Virus record (IMG/VR): IMGVR_UViG_2834917809_000007
Location: 1 to 64,000 of that record
Origin: a virus
Taxonomy: Duplodnaviria; Caudoviricetes
DNA: 64,000 bases
Direction: 5' to 3' (one strand)
The translations under genes were made by a program, and so were the position numbers. Shown here piece after piece: positions 58,194 through 64,000 of this stretch (its first letter is position 1; each line of letters starts with the position of its first letter). The notes beneath the pieces are model-generated. The model saw only the letters and a program-made list of their open reading frames with translations, did not search any database and was not told where the DNA came from.

Positions 58194-58388
58194 CGCGCGG
58201 TTTTGGTGTTAATCGTGGTTTTGGCGCCTCAATGTTTGGCGGGCATGGTCATTTTTTGGGGGCTGGTCGTGCGCGCCTGCGCCGTGGTGAGGCGCTGCGT
58301 TTAATCGTGAGGCGTCATGTGAGTGAAGGGCAAGAGCGCGCAGCGAGGCGCTGAGACGCTCTGGTGGTGTGAGTGTATGTAAGGGAAT

Positions 58389-58414
58389 AAAAAACCGCCC
58401 GGAGAAGGGCGGTT
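58389..58414 (-). terminator. Rho-independent terminator after portal
   Basis: AACCGCCC/GGGCGGTT stem then T-run on the minus strand. Confidence 0.75.
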
Positions 58415-58440
58415 GTTATCAAAGGTTGACCAGCTGAGCG

Positions 58441-59490
58441 TCAGTCTTCATCGGTCAGGTATGGATTAAAGCGTATCACTTCATCACCCAGCCACTCGTT
58501 AACTTCTGTAATGCGGCCCTGCAATGGTGTCAGCTCGTTGCGTACGAAAACGCGCGCCGCTTTTTCAACATCGCCGAACCCGCCGGTATTCGTTGGTATA
58601 ATCCCCATCAGCTGCGGCGGCACGCGGTGAGCTGCCAGCATGTCATCACGGCTCACATTCTTGATGTTTAAAAACTCATCTTTCGCGGCGACCTCTGACA
58701 GTGGGATGATCTGAATGCCGTCTTTCTTGCCGTTCGGGCTGTACATAAACAGGTTGCGGAAGTTGCCCGGTCCTTTCGATTTTTTAAGTGCTTCGCGTAT
58801 GTTGTCCACGTCTTTCTGATCGGCGGCGGGGTCGCTCATGTACATGATGAAACCAGCATGGCTACCGTTGAGGTAATACTTACGGCGAAACAGCGTGGCC
58901 GATTCATTCAGCAGGGCGGAAGGAATGGCGGAGAGGTATTCCGGCATTCCGTAAAGCTCCTGGTTAACGTCAGGTTCCATCAGATGGAACACGCTTCCCT
59001 CATCGAACTGATAGGGCTGTGAGTTGTGACCATACTGCGCAAACCAGTATGTGTCCGGGTCGATGCCACGGCGGGTATATTTGGCAAGCGAGGCGCGCAA
59101 CTCCATGATCTGGCCTAACCGATTTAATCGTTTTTCAAGGTAGGCGTTACCAAATACCAGAAAGTCCTGGGCGAACCGGGAAAAGGCTTGTTTAGACAGC
59201 CAGCGGTGAGGGATGAAGGTACTGGTAAGAATATTGCGTTTTACCTGAATGGCGCTGGAGTGATGCACGGCGGCGCGGTAAGTTCGCGCCAGGCCATCCA
59301 TGCTGATCGGTGGTTCGTACCAGCGGTCCACCTGCACGCACTCCAGGTAATCAAACAACTCCCGGCGGTCCATGACGGGGATCGGATCGCCAAACGTAAA
59401 CGCCTCCGCATGTGCATTACTGACCATATTGGTCGTATCGGCGGCGGTCTTGCCGCGCGGTGCCTTGCTGCGTTTTTTGCGGTTAGCCAT
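58441..59490 (-). CDS. Portal protein gpQ
   Basis: FTFGDP.PV.DRRE, YGMPEYLSA, FRRKYYLNGSHAGFI. Confidence 0.96.
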   Translation of the reverse strand: MANRKKRSKAPRGKTAADTTNMVSNAHAEAFTFGDPIPVMDRRELFDYLECVQVDRWYEPPISMDGLARTYRAAVHHSSAIQVKRNILTSTFIPHRWLSKQAFSRFAQDFLVFGNAYLEKRLNRLGQIMELRASLAKYTRRGIDPDTYWFAQYGHNSQPYQFDEGSVFHLMEPDVNQELYGMPEYLSAIPSALLNESATLFRRKYYLNGSHAGFIMYMSDPAADQKDVDNIREALKKSKGPGNFRNLFMYSPNGKKDGIQIIPLSEVAAKDEFLNIKNVSRDDMLAAHRVPPQLMGIIPTNTGGFGDVEKAARVFVRNELTPLQGRITEVNEWLGDEVIRFNPYLTDED

Positions 59491-61253
59491 TAAAAAATCT
59501 CCACGATGTTGCTGGTACTGGCGGAAGCTCCTGCCAGTGGTTCGTTATAAAGTGCGTGCATGGTTGCCCAGGCTAAATCCGCGTGGCTGGCTTCCTCTGT
59601 GCGGGCTGCTTCGTAGGTTGGCCGGTTACCGCTGGCGGTGGTTGAGCGGCGAATGGACATAAAGGACTGCGCGATATCCAGCATCCCCGCGTCAAACTCC
59701 AGACGGCGGCCGCTGATGATGTCGTAGGCTTTAAGCACCAGGGCATTTTTAACGGTCGGGTTGTAGACAAACTCACGCGCGGCAGGGAAGAACTGCTTAA
59801 CCGTTTTGTAAACGCCATCGCCAACGCCGGTCGAGTCAATGCCGATGTAGGTCACGTTGTAGCGTCTGGTTATTTCCTCAATCGCTGAGGCCTGGGCGCG
59901 AAAGTCCATCCCGCGCCACTGGTGACGCTCAAGGATGCGGAATTTACCGCCGGGGACGACGGGAGGCGCAATGACAACGCAACCGGCGCTGTCACCGTTC
60001 TGCGTTCCTTTTGCCGGGTCATAGCCGATCCAGACCGGGTGGTATGCAAACGGACGCAGTAAAAGCGGTTCGAAATCGTCCCACACATCCCAGCTGTCAA
60101 CCATGCAGGACTGCAGCAACGCCAGCGGGAACACGGACGCTAGGTCGTCAACAAACTGACACATCAGCAGGTTGTTGTATTCGTCCGGGCTGTACTCCAG
60201 GCGCAGCTGGTCCAGGTCGAAAAGGTTACAACCGCCGTTTACTGCGTCTTCGATGGTGACTATCTGGCGGTACTGGCCGTCAGGACATAAAACGCCGTGC
60301 GCCAGGCTACTGTGAGAAAGGTCAAATTCTACCCTGTCGGCTTTCGGGCGCCCTTTATTGAATAGGGCACCAGACCAGAACGGGTAGGCGCTGTGCGTCA
60401 GGCTGGAAGGTGTTGAGAAATAGGTCTGGCGCCATTTTTTGTGCAGCGCCATACCGGAGGCCACCTTGCGCAGCTCCTGGAATTTCGGTATCCAGAAATA
60501 CTCATCAAGATACAGATTGCCGTGATAGCTCTGCGCGGTACGGGCATTTGTACCGAGGAAGTAAAGACACGCGCCGTTAGGCAGCACCATCGGATCGCCT
60601 TTCAGTTCAACGTCCACCTCTTTTGCGAAGTCGATGATGTACTGTTTAAAAACGTGCGCCTGCGCTTTACTCGCTGACAGAAATATTTGATTTCGCCCCG
60701 TGGTGAGCGCGTCTATCAACGCTTCGCGGGCGAAATAGTAGGTTGCACCGATCTGGCGTGACTTTAAGAGGTTGCGAATACGGTGCTTGATGCCAGCGTC
60801 CCACCAGTGGCGCTGGTACTCGAACATACCGGCGCGGAAAATCTCTTCCAGCTTTTCGATCTGCTCGTCGGTAAACAGGTTTTTTTCCGGCGGCTTGCGC
60901 GGACCTTTATTGCGGTTCGCCACGTTCGGATTCAGGTCTGCTTCATTCCCGCCATTGTTAAATTTGCCGATTCTGGCCTGTCGTTCGGACTGACGCGCCA
61001 GCAGGTCAATTTCTTTAAAGTCCTTTCCTTCCTTCTGCTCCTTCATGACGAGCTGGCAGTAACGTGCGGCGGTGGTGAGCTGCATCTGATCCAGTGGGCC
61101 ATATTCGCCCCACTTATCGCGTTTTTTCCAGCTGTGAACGGTTGCAACTTTTTCGCCCAGCATTTCAGCAATGCGGGCTACGCGGTATCCCTGAAAGTAC
61201 ATCAGCATTGCCTGACGACGGGGATCGAGGTCTGCGGGGGTCAGTGTTGTCAT
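59490..61253 (-). CDS. Terminase ATPase subunit gpP
   Basis: KSRQIGATYYFA, YLDEYFW, GYDPAK. Confidence 0.96.
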   Translation of the reverse strand: MTTLTPADLDPRRQAMLMYFQGYRVARIAEMLGEKVATVHSWKKRDKWGEYGPLDQMQLTTAARYCQLVMKEQKEGKDFKEIDLLARQSERQARIGKFNNGGNEADLNPNVANRNKGPRKPPEKNLFTDEQIEKLEEIFRAGMFEYQRHWWDAGIKHRIRNLLKSRQIGATYYFAREALIDALTTGRNQIFLSASKAQAHVFKQYIIDFAKEVDVELKGDPMVLPNGACLYFLGTNARTAQSYHGNLYLDEYFWIPKFQELRKVASGMALHKKWRQTYFSTPSSLTHSAYPFWSGALFNKGRPKADRVEFDLSHSSLAHGVLCPDGQYRQIVTIEDAVNGGCNLFDLDQLRLEYSPDEYNNLLMCQFVDDLASVFPLALLQSCMVDSWDVWDDFEPLLLRPFAYHPVWIGYDPAKGTQNGDSAGCVVIAPPVVPGGKFRILERHQWRGMDFRAQASAIEEITRRYNVTYIGIDSTGVGDGVYKTVKQFFPAAREFVYNPTVKNALVLKAYDIISGRRLEFDAGMLDIAQSFMSIRRSTTASGNRPTYEAARTEEASHADLAWATMHALYNEPLAGASASTSNIVEIF

Positions 61254-61299
61254 GGCACAAACATACGGCCTCAAATCAGCACTTTCCCCGGCTTCGCAT

Positions 61300-61317
61300 T
61301 GTGTGGGAGTTCGCACA
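61300..61317. promoter_or_regulatory. Ogr-binding site of divergent late promoters
   Basis: TGT-GTGGGAGTTCGC-ACA (TGT-N12-ACA) between P and O. Confidence 0.8.
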
Positions 61318-61402
61318 AGCCCAACGCGTTGTTTACACGCGCCCATCACCGCAAACATAAGGCTCTGAACGTGTTACGAACTAACTAACCGGAGCCGGAC
61401 CG

Positions 61403-62230
61403 ATGGCAAAAAAATCTAAGCGTTTTCGCATTGGGGTCGAAGGGGCCACCACTGACGGGCGCGTTATTGAGCGTGAATGGCTCACCCAGATGGCAGCGAG
61501 CTATAACCCGCAGGTATACACCGCGCTGATCAATATGGAACACATCAAGGGCTTCACCCCTGATGGGCCTTTCCGTCGTTTTGGCATGGTGGAAAAGCTT
61601 GAAGCGGAAGAAATCACCGAGGGGGCATTGTCCGGGAAAATGGCGCTGTATGGCTGGATTGCCCCGACTGACGATTTGGTCACGATGACAAGCAACTGGC
61701 AGAAGCTTTTCACCTCAATGGAAGTTAACACCAGTTTTGCCGATACCGGCTCCGCTTATCTGGTTGGCCTGGCGATTACTGACGATCCGGCAAGCCTCGG
61801 CACTGAAATGCTGCAGTTCAGCGCCAGCGCAGAACATAACCCCCTGGCGCGCCGCAAGCTGGACAAAGAAAACCTGTTTACCGCTGCTGTTGAAACACTG
61901 ATCGAGTTTGAGGACGTGCCGGAAAAAACCAGCCTGTTTACCCTCGTAAAAGAGCTGCTGTCCCGCAAAGGCGCCGATGATAACGCCCGCTTTGCTGATG
62001 TGAATCAGGCTGTTGAAACCATCGCGCGTGAGCATCAGACGCTGGCGGAGCAGGTCAGCACCTATCAAATCGATTTCAGCAACAAGCTGAGCGATTTGCA
62101 AAAGGTTGTTGATGAGACAACCAGCGCACTCTCCACCCTGCGTGAGCAGCTTTCCACTCAGGACAGCCGCAGCGAGCGCCGCCCTAATGCGACCGGTAAT
62201 AACGGCGCAGAACAAACCACCGATTGCTGA
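61403..62230 (+). CDS. Capsid scaffold gpO
   Basis: FRIGVEGATTDGR, YLVGLAITDDPASLGTE. Confidence 0.96.
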   Translation: MAKKSKRFRIGVEGATTDGRVIEREWLTQMAASYNPQVYTALINMEHIKGFTPDGPFRRFGMVEKLEAEEITEGALSGKMALYGWIAPTDDLVTMTSNWQKLFTSMEVNTSFADTGSAYLVGLAITDDPASLGTEMLQFSASAEHNPLARRKLDKENLFTAAVETLIEFEDVPEKTSLFTLVKELLSRKGADDNARFADVNQAVETIAREHQTLAEQVSTYQIDFSNKLSDLQKVVDETTSALSTLREQLSTQDSRSERRPNATGNNGAEQTTDC

Positions 62231-62245
62231 CGGAGCAAAAGCACA

Positions 62246-63394
62246 ATGAAAAAAGAGACTCGCTTTAAATTTAACGGCTATCTGACGCAGCTCGCCAAAC
62301 TCAACGGCGTATCTGTGAGCGATATCGCCTCGAAATATACGGCTGAGCCGTCAGTGGCGCAGACGCTGGAAACGAAAATACAGGAGTCGTCCTCGTTCCT
62401 GCAGAAAATCAACATTGTCCCGGTTGATGAGCAGTCCGGCGAGCGTCTGGGGCTGGGTATTGGTTCCAGTATTGCCGGAAATACTGATACCACCCAGAAA
62501 GACCGTGAACCCGTTGATCCGACTTACATCGACGGTGAAGGGTACAAGTGTACCCAGACTAACTCTGATACGGCGTTGCCTTACGCGAAGCTGGATTTAT
62601 GGGCTAAATTCCAGGACTTTCAGACGCGCATCCGTGACGCCATCATTACCCGCCAGGCGCTTGACCGCATCATGATCGGCTTCAACGGCGTGAAGCGTGA
62701 GAAAACGTCAGACCGCAAGACCTATCCGCTGTTGCAGGATGTGAATATCGGCTGGCTGGAAAAAATCCGCCAGGAGAAGCCCATTCAGGTTATGGACAAA
62801 ATCGTGTCCGAAGGCGAGGTGATTTCTCAGACTATCCGTGTCGGCAAAGGCGGCGATTTCCTGAATCTGGACGCGCTGGTTATGGGCGCCGTGAATGAGA
62901 AAATTGCGCCGTGGTATCAGGAAGACACGGAGCTTGTTGTAATCGTCGGGCGCCAGTTACTGGCGGATAAATATTTCCCGATAATCAACCGTGACCAGCC
63001 AAACAGCGAAGCGCTGGCGGCAGATCTGATCATCAGCCAGAAGCGTATCGGCAACCTCCCGGCCGTTCGCGCGCCTTTCTTCCCGGCGAATGCCATGCTG
63101 ATCACCCGTCTGGATAACCTGTCTATTTACTGGCAGGCCGGTACCCGTCGTCGTTCAGTTATCGACAATCCGAAGCGTGACCGCGTGGAGAACTACGAAT
63201 CCGTTAACGAGGCGTATGTTGTTGAAGATTACGACGGCGCTTGCCTGGTTGAGAACATCGAGTTGTTACCAGAGCAGGCAGACGGCAATCCGGGCGCTGC
63301 GCTTACGGCTGAAAATATTCAGACCATCGTTGCTGCAGCAGTGCAGGGCGCGCTTGATGCTCAGAATGCGGGCGGCACTGGCGCCGGGGCGTGA
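62246..63394 (+). CDS. Major capsid protein gpN
   Basis: ETRFKFN.YL.Q.A.LNG, ALDRIMIGFNG, NLSIYWQ. Confidence 0.97.
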   Translation: MKKETRFKFNGYLTQLAKLNGVSVSDIASKYTAEPSVAQTLETKIQESSSFLQKINIVPVDEQSGERLGLGIGSSIAGNTDTTQKDREPVDPTYIDGEGYKCTQTNSDTALPYAKLDLWAKFQDFQTRIRDAIITRQALDRIMIGFNGVKREKTSDRKTYPLLQDVNIGWLEKIRQEKPIQVMDKIVSEGEVISQTIRVGKGGDFLNLDALVMGAVNEKIAPWYQEDTELVVIVGRQLLADKYFPIINRDQPNSEALAADLIISQKRIGNLPAVRAPFFPANAMLITRLDNLSIYWQAGTRRRSVIDNPKRDRVENYESVNEAYVVEDYDGACLVENIELLPEQADGNPGAALTAENIQTIVAAAVQGALDAQNAGGTGAGA

Positions 63395-63397
63395 TAA

Positions 63398-64000
63398 ATG
63401 AATCCGTTCCGTGCTCACACTCAGTATGTACAGGCACAGGATGCCGCCCGGCAGGGCGGCAGTCATGCCAGTATGACGGGTTACAACCAGATGCTGTTAC
63501 AGCTGACTGAACACCGCAGGCGCCTTAAAACCGTCCAGTCAAATGAGCGCAAGGCTCAGCTCAAACGTGAGTTTCTTCCCGCTTATGCCTCATGGATTGC
63601 AGGTTTACTGGATGCTGACGCGTCAGGCCAGGACGACGTGGCGATGTACGTCATGATCTGGCGCATTGATGCCGGAGACTATACCGGCGCGCTGGACATT
63701 GCCCGCCATGCCATTAAACACGGCTGGGTCCTGCCGCAGCGATTCAACCGGACCTGCGGGACCGCAGTTGCGGAAGAGTTTGCCGACGCGGCAATGCGTG
63801 CTTTTTCGGCGGGTGAATCATTCAGTGCCGCCATTCTTACCCAGGTGCTCGATATCGTTGAGAGTCAGGATATGCCGGATCAGTCCCGCGCCCGACTCCA
63901 TAAGGCAATGGGCTATGCGCTGCGGGATAACGATCAGGCAGTGGCAGCACTTAACCATCTGAAGCGTGCCCTGCAACTGGATAACAGTTCTGGCGTCAAA
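63398..64000 (+). CDS. Terminase small subunit gpM (runs off window)
   Basis: My translation MNPFRAHTQY...YVMIWRIDAGDY..AL; open to the window edge. Confidence 0.9.
   Translation, partial: MNPFRAHTQYVQAQDAARQGGSHASMTGYNQMLLQLTEHRRRLKTVQSNERKAQLKREFLPAYASWIAGLLDADASGQDDVAMYVMIWRIDAGDYTGALDIARHAIKHGWVLPQRFNRTCGTAVAEEFADAAMRAFSAGESFSAAILTQVLDIVESQDMPDQSRARLHKAMGYALRDNDQAVAALNHLKRALQLDNSSGVK

Larger units (their letters stand above)
47971..64000. mobile_element. Prophage 2: 186/Fels-2-like P2 prophage, continues beyond the window
   Basis: int-cI-apl-cII-dam-A-tum-cos-Q-P-O-N-M order. Confidence 0.95.

Noticed and set aside
58013-58354. 113-aa ORF
   Set aside because: Overlies the cos region, starts with TTG and has no RBS or recognisable motif
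1-64000. CRISPR array, rRNA or reverse transcriptase
   Set aside because: No regularly spaced repeats, rRNA signatures or YxDD RT-like ORF seen

Overview
Enterobacterial chromosome segment with three mobile elements stacked in tandem at the 3' end of a tRNA-Ile2(CAU, ileX-type) gene. Only 47-bp 3' att copies (30175-30221, 47971-48017) are in the window; the intact tRNA should lie beyond the right edge. (1) 1-30221: an essentially complete HP1/K139-type P2-like prophage (int, cI, apl/cox, cII, dam, repA, ogr, head, HP1-type tail, lysis). Its accessory genes are a WYL-like/BRCT gene in the lysogeny operon, a LexA-boxed orphan gene at attR, and a 1209-aa tail spike whose core resembles staphylococcal teichoic-acid-binding beta-propeller receptor-binding proteins. 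(2) About 30.2-48.0 kb: an integrase-only defence island. It carries a type I R-M system, an orphan HigA-like HTH gene, an IS1222-like element that disrupts a GHKL-STAS-TM module, and the most striking item: a four-gene operon AAA+ ATPase - amphipathic helical protein - ZorA-like - ZorB-like. This is a Zorya-type ion-motor core with partners that match none of Zorya types I-III as I know them. (3) 48.0 kb to the window end: the left part of a 186/Fels-2-like P2 prophage with two DNA methyltransferases and a cargo hotspot holding a DUF2971 gene plus a secreted-protein gene bracketed by 31-bp inverted repeats. Family assignments rest on motif recognition from memory; no database searches were run.
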